A stretch of DNA of 64,000 nt from NCBI RefSeq assembly GCF_001194135.2, contig NC_068990.1, forward strand, positions 1,794,108 through 1,858,107, written 5' to 3'. The position numbers and the translations under genes were made by a program. Positions 1 through 12,649 of this stretch are shown in pieces (the first letter of the stretch is position 1; each line of letters opens with the position of its first letter). Source of the stretch: Octopus bimaculoides. Lineage: Eukaryota. The notes beneath the pieces are model-generated. The model was not told where the DNA came from. It was given only the letters and a program-made list of their open reading frames with translations, and did not search any database.

Positions 1-193
1 CATACATATGTATGTACATATGTATGTATATAAGTATATATATATGTATGTACATATGTATGTAATGTATGTATGTACATACATATATAAGTACGTATGT
101 ATGTATGTACATACGTATCTACATATGTATGTATGTACATACATATGTATGTAAGTAAGTATACAAGCATGTATGTGTGTGTGTGTGTATGCA

Positions 194-343
194 AGATTTC
201 AAGATGTCAAAGAAATCCAAGAGAATACAATGAGGCAGCTGTTCACTATCCCCCAAAAGAAGTTCCATGAATGCTTGCATCAATAGAAACAACTTTGGAT
301 AAAACGTGTGGCTTCTGAAAGGGACCATTTCAAAGGAAATGAA
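194..343 (+). mobile_element. mariner transposase C-terminal remnant
   Basis: Translates RFQDVKEIQENTMRQLFTIPQKKFHECLHQ*KQLWIKRVASERDHFKGN, matching the mariner C-terminal pattern (RF..IEEI...L..IP...F..C...W..RW..CV...GDYFEG); one in-frame stop. Confidence 0.75.
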
Positions 344-735
344 ATCCTGGATATTCGTTGCTTTCTTTTTAGAGCACCAGTCCTGATATGTTTTGACTAA
401 AGACCTCATATATGTATCTGTGTGTATGTCAGTATGAATGTGTTTATATAATATAGGAGAGATTGGATTCAAGGGATTTAGTAGAATTCACAGTAAGCAT
501 GCTAGTTGAGGAACAGGCTATCAGGTGACAAGAGAATTTATCTACAACGTAATTTAACAGAGTGATGCAACTGAATATGCAGGATGTACTAACAGTGATG
601 CTTCCATTCTTGAGTACAGCAACTAGTCTATCAATAAGCAAAAACCAGATGTGAGAGGCAAATAATTTTCATATTTCTATAAATGTTACAACTGTTTGAC
701 AATTTGCTCCAGTTGACATCATTCACTTTAATGCA

Positions 736-776
<41 letters not shown>

Positions 777-1539
777 ATGCGTATGTGTGCTTGTGTGTGT
801 TTGTGCGTATGTAGTTTACTTTTCCATTAAGGTAAGATAAAAAAAATGTACTCCATCCAGTGAGAGATAAATACTATTTTATGCACACTGTATACAGTTA
901 TGAGCTTCTAATACTTTCATGTATTAGAGACGTAGTCTAATGTATGAAATTATTAGTAACTCATAACTATAATTAAATACACACACACACACCTTCTATA
1001 TGTCAACACATCATATACATATATGTATGCATATATATATATATGCACTCAAACATTATACAGTACAATCATATAGTAATACTATGATGCACAGAAGAAA
1101 GGAAATTTAGTTTCAGACTGCATTCTAGATGGACTGCACATGCCTCTAGTGTACAGAAAATAAAAACATTTGCCTCTAATCCTTGCCTGGTTTTTAAGGC
1201 TGGTTTTATATTTTTATTGTACACATTATTGAAAATGCAGAGCTAGCAGGAGATTTGCTGAGAAGGAAATGAGAATAAACTACTCTCTATTTGGGCTCAG
1301 TACTTTTTCATGTGAAGCGCAGAATGTAAACATTCACATACACATACATGCAAACACACACAGACGCTTACATATGCAGATATGAAGGACTTCATACAGT
1401 TTCCAAATTCACTCACAGGCCATTGGTCAACTAAAGGTAATAGAAAGGGAAAAATATGCCCTAGATACTGTACAAGGACTGAATCTGAAATCACATGGTG
1501 TATGTGTGTGTACATTTGTATGTACATGTGTGTGTACAT

Positions 1540-1571
<32 letters not shown>

Positions 1572-2445
1572 NNNNNNNNNNNNNNNNNNNNNNNNNNNNN
1601 NNNNNNNNNNNNNNNNNNNNNNNNNNNNNNNNNNNNNNNNNNNNNNNNNNNNNNNNNNNNNNNNNNNNNNNNNNNNNNNNNNNNNNNNNNNNNNNNNNNN
1701 NNNNNNNNNNNNNNNNNNNNNNNNNNNNNNNNNNNNNNNNNNNNNNNNNNNNNNNNNNNNNNNNNNNNNNNNNNNNNNNNNNNNNNNNNNNNNNNNNNNN
1801 NNNNNNNNNTATATATATACATACATATACATATATACATACATACGCACACACACACACACACACACATTTAATATATATCATTAATAACTGCATCTAA
1901 GTTTTGGGTTTTGTTTTTATTTGTTTTTCTCTGCAATAATGTTTTACAAATGGCTGCCTTTCTTTTGAGAATCACCATTCAAAGCAAATAATTGACAAAT
2001 GATGTATTACTAAAGATACTTACCATTAACGAAAACATAATGTGAAAAAAATAAATAAATAAAAAAAATAAAATAAAGATCATAAAGAGTTTAAACACAT
2101 CTCTGCTAAATCCAGTATTTATTTCATTTGGAAAATAAACATACAACATCCTGATAATTCATTGCCAACTGGCTGTGTTTCTATAATTGTAATTTCAAAA
2201 GAATTCTCTCCAATACACACATTTTTTTTTTATCCATTCCTTTTACTCTTATTTTATTCTTTTATTCTGTTGTTTATTCATTCTTGTTTGTTATATGTGT
2301 GTATTTTATTTTCTCTCTACTGCAGAACTAAATTTGTATCAGCAAGATTTTTCAGTATAACCAATATGTTAATTTTTTGTTGATCAGCGATAACTAAAAT
2401 CAATAGAGATATATTTTTTAAAGAAATCTGAATTTTTAGTGACAT

Positions 2446-2615
2446 AGGCACAGGCATGGCTGTGTAGTAAGAAGATTGCTTCCCAACCACATGGTTCTGG
2501 GTTCAGTCCCACTATATGACACCTTGGTCAAGTTTCTTCTTCTATAGTCATGGGTCAACCAAAGCCTTGTGAGAGGATTTGGTAGATGGAAACTGAAAGA
2601 AGCCCNNNNNNNNNN

Positions 2616-2659
<44 letters not shown>

Positions 2660-2885
2660 GTGTGTGTGTGTGTGTTTGTGTCTGTTTGTCCCACACCACT
2701 GCTTGACAGCCAGCGCTGGTTTGTTTATGTCCCTGTAACTCAGCAGCTCAACAAAAGAGACCAATAGAATGAGTACCAGGCTTCAAAAAATAAGTCTTGG
2801 GGTTGATTCATTGGACTAAAAATTCTTCAAAGTGGTGCTCCAGCATGGCTGCACTTTAATGATTGAAACAGATAAAAGAAAAGAA
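2446..2885 (+). mobile_element. SINE family A (tRNA-like head, central (TA/TG)n, AAAAGAG-type tail)
   Basis: Head GGCATGGCTGTGTAGTAAG...GGGTTCAGTCCCACT, body GGATTTGGTAGATGGAAACTGAAAGAAGCCC, microsatellite, tail GGTGCTCCAGCATGGC...GAAACAGATAAAAG; the same blocks recur many times in the window. Confidence 0.8.
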
Positions 2886-3622
2886 AAGAATAATAGCCAT
2901 GTTAAGAGATGCCAGAGGCAGTGTCCATGACTTCAAAAGCCTTTCTGGGATGCATTTTTCACAAAAGGATTCTCCAAGGTCCAGGTTGTGTTTTTTGTTT
3001 TTACGCGATTTAATTAAAGAGGGAAAGGAAGAACACTTGATGCCTTCTGGGGTCTCTGAGACAGGTGAGGTAAGGAGAGAGGAAGTTAATCACAAGTTCG
3101 TTTCGTGACCTGAAATTTTGCAGCAGAGTATAGTTTAGAAAAGGCATCCATAGGCCAGGTGGTGGTGTTAAACAAGGAGGCACATTATGTCTGCCTCTCA
3201 TGAACAAGTACATCCATTTTATGGGCTTTCATTCAATTTACGTCAAGCCAATGTCACTCCTATGTAAAATATATTTTACCAAATATTTTGAGATGGTGAA
3301 GGCAAGCAATTTCATGTTTAGCATGTTTGGTTAATTAAAGCTACGTCTCACATGAGAGAGTGTATTATGTCCTTGAGCAAGACACTTCATTTCATCCTTA
3401 CTCCAGTATACTCACCTGGAAATGCATACCATGGCATGTAGAATTTAACCCTGTGATGGACTAGCATCTCATTGTTTAAGTTTTGTAGCTCTAGCCTCAT
3501 CAGCTTGTAAGCTTGAGCTGAACTTTAGACCAGTGTTTCTGACAATATTTTGGTGGGATATGGGACATAAGACTGGATTATAGGTATGTAACAAATGCAT
3601 AAAACTTCTTTTGAAGACACGC

Positions 3623-3711
<89 letters not shown>

Positions 3712-4489
3712 TTATATTAACTTCATATTGGGTGCATAGTTTTTTAAAAATCAAAGTGGTGTGTGTAACATAAAAAAGCTTGAGAGATATTGCTTTTGAT
3801 GTTCTATAAACCATTATTATAATTTTTGTTAAACCTCTCTTTCTAACAACTTCTGATCTGGTTCACAATTCTTCCCCCCCCTCTCTCTTTCTCTCTCCTT
3901 CTTGTAAGTATGCATTCATATATATGTGCATGCATGTGTTTGTGCATGTGTGTGTGTATGTGTGTGTGTATACTAACATATTTCTCAACACTGTCATTAA
4001 AGACATTAGAGCAAAATTATGAATCTCTAGTCTGTCCACATCTCTCGCTCTCCCTCTCTCTCTCTCTCTCCCTCTCTCTCATCTGTCTTCCTCTGTATGT
4101 ATAATGATGCATGATTATGCTTGTAGACACAATTATATGATTGCAGTATTTTCTGTCTGTCTGACACCTGTATGTCTGTATGAATATGAATGTACATGGA
4201 CACACATTTCTCAACAGAATTGTTAACAATATTTAAATAAACTTATTATGATAAAACTTCTGAAAATATGTAATTTCTTATTTTCAAAAGTGTTTGCTGT
4301 AAGATTTCAGTAAATGTTTTTAACGATCATATTGAGAACTTTGTATGAATTTATCATCTAATATGCATACATTCGTACATTCTTAGAGACAAAAGCAGCA
4401 GACAGATAATATTGTTGTCATATCAAAAATACTGTATCTGCATGTACGTGTATGTGTATATGTCATTATATAAAGACAAAGTGTGAAAG

Positions 4490-4546
4490 AAAGGAAGGAG
4501 AGAGAAAGAGAGGGAAAGAGAGAGAGAAAATAAGAGAGAGAGAGAG

Positions 4547-4578
<32 letters not shown>

Positions 4579-4958
4579 GGAAAGAGAGAGAGAAAGAGAG
4601 GGAAAGAGAGAGAGAGAAAGAGAGAGAGAGAGGACAGACAGAAAAAAAATGGAAATTCATTCTTTCTTCTTCCAATGATGTAATAAGGTATTTCTTTAAA
4701 AAGATCTGTTTATTCCCCCACCACCTTTCTCTCTCTCTATCTCTATGTCTCTCTCTCTCTCTCTATCTCTATGTCTCTCTCTCTCTCTCTCCCCCCTCTC
4801 CCCCTCTCTCTCCCTCTCTCTCTCTCCCTCTCTCTCTCTCCCTNNNNNNNNNNNNNNNNNNNNNNNNNNNNNNNNNNNNNNNNNNNNNNNNNNNNNNNNN
4901 NNNNNNNNNNNCTCCCTCTCTCTCCCCCTCTCTCCCTCTCCCTCTCTCTCTCTCTACT
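4490..4958. repeat. (GA)n tract followed by (CT)n tract
   Basis: Purine tract ~4490-4640 and pyrimidine tract ~4725-4958 (with N gap). Confidence 0.9.
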
Positions 4959-5544
4959 ACTGTCTTTACCTTCACTTCTTACCCAGTACACAGTTACCCT
5001 AGGTTATTCACAAGTAATATATCCTCGACAGTTTCATCTATTCAGTCATTTCAGGAAAATAGCTGAATGATTATTTTCTTACAGATATTTCTATATTCCT
5101 TGAGGACTCCACGAACTAAATCCACTCTTTAGAGACAATATATCACAAGAAGGCAATGTGCTCTGTAAAAGTAGACGATGTTAACGACTTATACGTATTT
5201 TGATTTATTAAATTCTTTTTTTATTTCAATGTTTTACCTTCTTTTATTTCATTCTTTCTTTACATATATAGCAATATATATTTGATGCAAAGTATTACTT
5301 ATTTCTAGCATAAAACAATGGGTCATACAATAGTATTTAAATAACCAGTGTTTAAACGCTGATGATGATGATAATGATGATGATGTTTGGAAATTGGGAA
5401 AGTGGGTAACAATTTGAAATTTCAAAAAGTATTTTGAAGATTGTGTTTTGATAATGTTAAATATCAATGCAAAGGTTATTAAAAATGTAATTTTCTTCTT
5501 TAATGGTAATAATAATGATGCCAATGGTGATCCATCCATCGATC

Positions 5545-5990
5545 CATCTTCTTCCCACTACTGTTTCTGGGAAAGTCATGGGAGTAGAGTCCTCAGGCAC
5601 CTCTTCTGTAGGGTCCCATCAGAACTGGCCAGCATTAGACTTTCTGGCTGGATTGCCAAGCATGACCAATTAAGACTATGGATGTTATCCAACCATCTCA
5701 TTCTTCATCCACCCCAAGATTTTCCATTAGTTGCCTCAACTTGAAAATTCTTTCCTGTGATATTATTAACCATGCCAATAGTACTGGAACTGTGACCTCT
5801 AGAAGCTGTGGCTTGGCCTGGAGAGAATTCCTGATCTCCAAATTATGCATATAACATTACTCCAGAGATTCTCCAGGGGAACCCAATTTCAACCATTTCT
5901 ATTTGCTATCATACTCCTTTGGTCATTACCCACATTCAAAACCATAGGTCAGGATAGGTACAAAAACCAAATGGAAGAGAATGAATTTGA
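5545..5990 (-). mobile_element. RTE-clade (Rex3/Expander-like) LINE, degraded 3' portion
   Basis: Minus-strand translation with frameshifts and stops gives PILTYG...RISGV...WLDNIHSLNWSCLAIQPESLMLASSDGTLQKRCLRTLLP, typical of the RTE post-RT C-terminal region. Confidence 0.7.
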
Positions 5991-7124
5991 CTTCCCTTTA
6001 ACAGTGATAATTTCTTTTTCCAATATTTTCTTTTATTCGGTTGGAAAGGCAACACTCATGATATTTTAAAGGGCTTCCAAAGCTTGTGGGAGAGAGGGAG
6101 GGAGAAAGGTATGCCCAGATCAGAAACCTTGTCTGAAAGTTTGCAACAGAGAGAACTTTGTTAAAGGCACCCAAGGATCTGGTAGAAGTACTAAACCAGG
6201 TGAAATTTATAGTCTGCCATCGAATAGGCCTTGATAGGTTTTGAATGCAGAACACGAAAATCAGAACAAATATTGCAAGGCATTTGGTCCAACATTCTTA
6301 GAATTCTACCAAGTTTTGCCCTTTGATTAATGTGTTTTTTAGTTCCTTGATATAACAGATCTATGATCAAAGGAATTTCATCCATGACTAACCCATCTTT
6401 CTGTGTATCAGGGACTGTATTGTCTGATGTATTCCACTTTTAAGATGATTGGATTTGATTTGAGGGAAATATCACTTCTCTTTCTACGATGTCAAGTTAT
6501 GGTGTTGTTGTAGTGTGACCTATGAAACATGATATTTTAGTGGTGGCTATAAAGTAATTTTAGCAATATGAGGACTGTTTTGCTTTTGTATGTCTGTTTC
6601 TTTCCCAAGACAGCAAGGGGAATTTTTAAAAATCTTTCAATGTTGCATGTAAGTGGTTTCATTTTTCAATTTTTCAAGTGCACACATTATAGGGAAATCC
6701 ATCTAGAGGAAGTTGTTCACTTTATATATATANNNNNNNNNNNNNNNNNNNNNNNNNNNNNNNNNNNNNNNNNNNNNNNNNNNNNNNNNNNNNNNNNNNN
6801 NNNNNNNNNNNNNNNNNNNNNNNNNNNNNNNNNNNNNNNNNNNNNNNNNNNNNNNNNNNNNNNNNNNNNNNNNNNNNNNNNNNNNNNNNNNNNNNNNNNN
6901 NNNNNNNNNNNNNNNNNNNNNNNNNNNNNNNNNNNNNNNNNNNNNNNNNNNNNNNNNNNNNNNNNNNNNNNNNNNNNNNNNNNNNNNNNNNNNNNNNNNN
7001 NNNNNNNNNNNNNNNNNNNNNNNNNNNNNNNNNNNNNNNNNNNNNNNNNNNNNNNNNNNNNNNNNNNNNNNNNNNNNNNNNNNNNNNNNNNNNNNNNNNN
7101 NNNNNNNNNATATATATATATATA

Positions 7125-7619
7125 AAGGTTGTGGTGAATAAATTGTCTAAAAGAATCAAACATCCAGTCAACATCATGGTGTTTGGAGTGATCACTAATG
7201 ATGGTGACGTTATGCCTCCATTCATCTTCCCACACAGCCTCACACAATTTCTGTGACCACATTACCCTTAACATCTGGCCACCTAAATCCTCAGACTGCA
7301 ACCCCCTTGATTATTATGTATGGGGCACAGTTGAGCGAGAGACCAACAAAATTCCTTGTAACACCAAAGATGAACTGAAGGCAAGGATTACGGCAGCATT
7401 CACCAACTTATATACCAACTTATCCTGTAGAGTTGCAGGAGATTCTGAAGTCGTCTGGAGTCTGTGGTCAAAGCCAATGACAATTTCATTGAATAAATTT
7501 ACTCCTTAGTATTTCAGGATATTTTTATGTAATTTTGGTAAATATATCTGTTAAAATGAGATGTCAGTGTTATTTTCATTTTTGCATAATTTAGACGACA
7601 ATCTATTCATTGCACCCTG
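7125..7619 (+). mobile_element. Internally deleted Tc1/mariner element with both TIRs
   Basis: Left AAGGTTGTGGTGAATAAATTGTC vs reverse complement of right end CAGGGTGCAATGAATAGATTGTC (17/23), TA on both sides; internal coding remnants RIKHPVNIMVFGVITNDGDVMPPFIFP and NIWPPKSSDCNPLDYYVWGTVERETNK (WPPxSPDxNPLD motif). Confidence 0.85.
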
Positions 7620-8822
7620 TATATATATGTATGCATATATAACTATAACATCTTCATATAATTTTTCTTGTGTGCAAAATAGTATCAGCTGGTTGCAACT
7701 CCTTGCTGAACAGTCTTTATTACAGAGATTTCCTTCTCCCAAATTGATTGTCTTCATTACTTCTGGTGAGTACAATCTACCCTTGACTATATTGTATGGC
7801 CTGAATTCCTCCACCCTTTGATGGGTTTTCTTTTTCATTCCTCTGGGTGTCCAAAAATCACCCACCTCACCAAGCAAGGTTTAGTTTTCTTTCAGAAATC
7901 TGGAATAATGGCTGGATTTCTCATAACTATTGACAGTACATTGTAATATTTTTACAGGAAACAGATTATTTTCCTCATCTTCCTCCTGTGTCTCCTATTA
8001 CCCAGAACTATTGCGAAGTATTGCATTAGATTTCTCCGTTGTGTTAATAGTGATTGACAGGCTGTATTTAAAGGGATTCTTATTAGAAAAGCTGTATGAA
8101 ATGCTATGCCTCGCAGGTTTCAAAACTGCAATTGATTAATTATATGGGAGAGATATGTTAGAGTTGTTAGAGTGTCAGAAATGATGCATTGTGGTGTTTA
8201 TTCTGACTTTCTGAGTTCAAATCTTGTCAAGGTCAACTCTGCTTTTCATCCTTTTGAGATTAATAAAAGAAATGAGCAATCATAGGCACACACCCACACA
8301 CACATTTGTGTATATATGCATATACATATATACATTTATATATTCTTTTATTCTTTTATTTGTTTCAGTCGTTTGACTGTGGCCATGCTAGAGCACCACC
8401 TTTAGTTGAACAAATCGACCCCAAACAAATAAACGAAATGACAATAAATAGTACCAGCCCTTTATATCACCCAACTCCCATGTCTTCTTAATCTTTTACT
8501 CTTGCCACACTCATCTTTCTCTCATCCTCATTATCTTTTCCTCGCCATCCCTCTATGGAAGCAAAGCCTTTTAAATGACACTTCTATTGATTAAATTTTA
8601 CATATCTCCATCTAGTATCCACATTTACATTAAAGATCTTGAAATGACTTTAACTTTGACAATATTTGACAATATTCACTTTGATCACTGAAAGCGAGCA
8701 TGATTTTCTTATGGCAAAAACAAAAAATCAAAAAAAAAAAAAAAAAAAAAAAATCAAACAAACCAAACCAAAGGAAAAAAAAAAAAATCAATGATTTTTC
8801 AATTGATAATCGAATCAAATGG

Positions 8823-8872
<50 letters not shown>

Positions 8873-9329
8873 TAATAATACATGATAAGAATAATAATCA
8901 GTAAATGCAATATGATGAATCGGAATCAAAGACATTATTAATATTCAGCTTTAATCCTTTTACGCATAGATTGAAAGCAATTCCATGGAATAATTAGAAG
9001 TTCTGCCTAATAACTCAACTTACATAATTCACTCAACAGCTGATGAAATAGATTCCTATATGGTTCCTCAATCTAGCTCTGCAAGAAATAGCAACCTAAT
9101 GGACTCTCAAAAGATATTCTGCCATCTCAAAAGGAAAGATATATTCGACGATATATATGTCTATATTTTTCATTTTTATGTCCGTGTGGGTATGAAGTTT
9201 GCTCCTAACAACATGGACTCGAGTTCTAATTTACTTTGTAACACGTTCAGAAAGTGTCTTTGGCTGTAGCCTCAGGCTGGCCAATGTCTTGTGAGTGAAG
9301 CTGGTTGGCAGAAACTGTACGGAAGGAAG

Positions 9330-9545
9330 GCGGCGAGCTGGCAGAGTGGTTAGTGTGCTGGGCGAAATGCTTAGCGGTATTTCGTCTGCCACTACATTCT
9401 GAATTCAAATTCCGCCAAGGTCGACTTAGCCTTTCATCCTTTTGGGGTCGATTAAATAAGTACCAGTTATGCACTGGGGTTGATGTAATCGACTTAATCC
9501 CTTTGTCCCATCTATGTTTAGCCCCTTGTGGGCAGTAAATAAATA
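9330..9545 (+). mobile_element. SINE family B (tRNA-derived, octopus OR-like)
   Basis: GGCGGCGAGCTGGCAG...GGCGAAATGCTTAGCGGTATTTCG...GAATTCAAATTCCGCCAAGGTCGACTTAGCCTTTCATCC...GTACCAGTT; near-complete copy, many homologs in window. Confidence 0.85.
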
Positions 9546-9786
9546 AACTGATTGGAAGCCTGTCATTTACATGTATCTTTTATCTTTTACTTTTTATAAT
9601 TGACTTGTTCCAGTCATTAGACTGTGGCCATGCTGGGGCAGTGCCTGAAAAATTTTAGTTGAAAGAATCAGCTTCAGTACTTACTTTTTAATTTCTGGTA
9701 CTTAATCTATTGGTTTCTTATGTTGAAATACCAAGTTAAAAGGATGTTAATACAGCATCATCAGTTGTCAAGTGGTNNNNNNNNNN

Positions 9787-9840
<54 letters not shown>

Positions 9841-9859
9841 TATTAAAAGTCACAATACA

Positions 9860-10520
9860 ATATGCTGGTGTCGTGTAACTAGTCTCCATGCTAGTGACAT
9901 GTAAAATACAGGTTTCAAGTATTGGGCCTCATGGTGGTAATGACAAATGACCGAGACCTCTGGTAATATGCCATGCTTGGAGACCCATCATGCCAAGTGA
10001 AACTAGTTGTGGCAAATACTGATGTCTCACAACTGGCATCTGTGCCAGGGGCACATAAAAACACCTGTTACATGCTTAGAGTGGTTGGCATTAGAAAGGG
10101 CATCCAGCCATAGAAACCATGCCAAATCAGGCTGAAACCTGGTGCAGCCCTCCAGCTGGCCAGCCCTGGTCAACCTGTCCAGCCCTGGTCAACCTGTCCA
10201 GCCCATGCTAGCATGGACTATAAAGATTAAATGAGGATGATGATGAACTCTACGTATGTCTTTATATATATATATATGAGGTTTCTCGAGCGAGATGAGC
10301 GTGGCCGTTGCCAGTACCACCTGACTGGCCTTCGTGCGGGTGACACGTAAAAGCACCCACTACACTCTCTGAGTCGTTGGCGTTAGGAAGGGCATCCAGC
10401 TGTAGAAACTCTGCCAAATCAGATTGGAGCCTGGTGTAGCCATCTGGTTTCACCAGTCCTCAGTCAAATCGTCCAACCCATGCTAGCATGGACTATAAAG
10501 ATTAAATGAGGATGATGATG
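9860..10520 (+). mobile_element. Two adjacent SINE family C copies (RTE-like tail)
   Basis: GTTGGC(A/G)TTAG(A/G)AAGGGCATCCAGC core and CCCATGCTAGCATGGA...GATGATGATG tail present twice (ending ~10245 and ~10520). Confidence 0.75.
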
Positions 10521-11045
10521 AACTCTACGTATGTCTTTATATATATATATATNNNNNNNNNNNNNNNNNNNNNNNNNNNNNNNNNNNNNNNNNNNNNNNN
10601 NNNNNNNNNNNNNNNNNNNNNNNNNNNNNNNNNNNNNNNNNNNNNNNNNNNNNNNNNNNNNNNNNNNNNNNNNNNNNNNNNNNNNNNNNNNNNNNNNNNN
10701 NNNNNNNNNNNNNNNNNNNNNNNNNNNNNNNNNNNNNNNNNNNNNNNNNNNNNNNNNNNNNNNNNNNNNNNNNNNNNNNNNNNNNNNNNNNNNNNNNNNN
10801 NNNNNNNNNNNNNNNNNNNNNNNNNNNNNNNNNNNNNNNNNNNNNNNNNNNNNNNNNNNNNNNNNNNNNNNNNNNNNNNNNNNNNNNNNNNNNNNNNNNN
10901 NNNNNNNNNNNNNNNNNNNNNNNNNNNNNNNNNNNNNNNNNNNNNNNNNNNNNNNNNNNNNNNNNNNNNNNNNNNNNNNNNNNNNNNNNNNNNNNNNNNN
11001 NNNNNNNNNNNNNNNNNNNNNNNNNNNNNNNNNNNNNNNNNNNNN

Positions 11046-11340
11046 TACTATAGCCTCGGGCCGACCAAAGACTTGTGAGTGGATTTGGTAGACGGAAACT
11101 GAAAGAAGCCCATTGTATATATGTATATGTATATACATGTGTGTGTGTGTTCGTGTATCTGTGTTTGTCCTCCCCCCAACATCATTTGACAACCGATGCT
11201 GGTGTGTTTACGTCTCTGTAACTTAGCGGTCCGGCAAAAGAGACTGATAGAATAAGTCCTGGGGTCGATTTGCTCGACTAAAGGCGATGCTCCAGCGTGG
11301 CCACAGTCAAATGACTGAAACAAGTAAAAGAGTAAAAGAG
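11046..11340 (+). mobile_element. SINE family A, well-preserved copy (5' end in gap)
   Basis: TACTATAGCCTCGGGCCGACCAAAG...GAAGCCC...GGGGTCGATTTGCTCGACTAAAGGCG...GAAACAAGTAAAAGAGTAAAAGAG. Confidence 0.85.
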
Positions 11341-11355
11341 ATATGTCTCTGTGTG

Positions 11356-11431
<76 letters not shown>

Positions 11432-11469
11432 GAAAGAAGCCTTTCTACCCATCCTGCATAGCACTTGCC

Positions 11470-11730
11470 TTGGATAATCGAACTGCAACTGTAACATCCA
11501 ATGTATATATTTATTTTTATGCTCTTATTTCCTTTTATAATTCCTATATCTCTCGCTTTCCAAAATAACTTCTTGTATTGAACTCTACTATTTTCTTCTA
11601 TTTAACCCTCTCATATCGTCTCTGATGGAGGGATATCTCTTATATCCTTGAAACAGCTGTAAAACTACCTTTCTCCTAATAAATGTCCTAGAAATTTCAT
11701 ACTACCTTGGCTTTGTTGTTTCATTTTATT

Positions 11731-11735
<5 letters not shown>
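11470..11735 (+). mobile_element. Penelope-like element 3' terminus with degenerate hammerhead motif
   Basis: CTGATGG-AGGGATAT-ctctt-ATATCCTT-GAAA-CAGCTGTA at 11622-11661 followed by AATAAA; this architecture is typical of PLE terminal repeats. Confidence 0.55.
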
Positions 11736-11774
<39 letters not shown>

Positions 11775-12029
11775 ACACACACATGCACACACACACATAA
11801 ACAATCAGACTCAATTTACCTCATATTAAAAGATACCATCGTTTAATGAAACTTTCTCTGCCGCCATTTCCATATCTTTCACTCTATCTCCCCCAAAATG
11901 CATTTTGAATATATTTAATGATTCTGTTTTATTTGAACTTGGTTAAAGTGCTGTAGCTGCACATCAATGATATGTGTGTATGTGTACAGATAAACAAACA
12001 GAGAGAATCTATGTATGTACATATATTTA

Positions 12030-12246
12030 TGAGGGAGTGCTGAAAAGTTCCTGGCTTTAGAGATATCGTGAAAGGCCTAGTTGGAGGCCCAGCCTTCTGA
12101 GTTCTTTTACAGGGCTTAGAAAACTTGAAGGACCACTCTAATAAGTGTGTGAATCTGAGAGGGGAATATGTTGAATCAAATCATAATTAACTGAGCCTCC
12201 TGTATTTTCTTCTACCCAAAGCCAGGAACTTTTCAGCATTCCCTCA
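12030..12246 (+). mobile_element. mariner MITE / deletion derivative (217 bp)
   Basis: TIRs TGAGGGAGTGCTGAAAAGTTCCTGGCTTT and its near-perfect reverse complement (1 mismatch), TA target duplication on both sides; internal remnant GLEKLEGPL*KCVNLRGEYVE of the mariner C-terminus. Confidence 0.9.
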
Positions 12247-12608
12247 TATATCTGTGCACATACATACAAACATCTATAAGCACATACACTCACATATGCA
12301 TACGTATATATACACATATATATCATTGAGAGGGATGTATTGCTAGCAATATAGACATTGCTGTCTGTGCAATGGATGTCAAATAAATGTAGCTATATGT
12401 CATCAGATTATGGATATTCATTTATTTGCTTTTAGAACCATAACCACAATTAAGATACATACATTCATATAAATACATGTACGTATATATCTATATATAT
12501 ATGTGTGTGTGTATGTATATATATGTACAAATTTATATATATATATATATATTCATACATGCATCTATAATATACATGTATATATGTATATGTATGTGTG
12601 TATATATG

Positions 12609-12649
<41 letters not shown>

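Noticed and set aside
3470-3520. Minus-strand CTGATGAG...AAAAC hammerhead-like string
   Set aside because: No convincing stems; lies in a SINE D tail.
9047-9190. ORF-like ADEIDSYMVPQSSSARNSNLMDSQK... (hAT dimerisation-like or exon)
   Set aside because: The diagnostic W..P.L..LA and SER.FS motifs are absent; no support.
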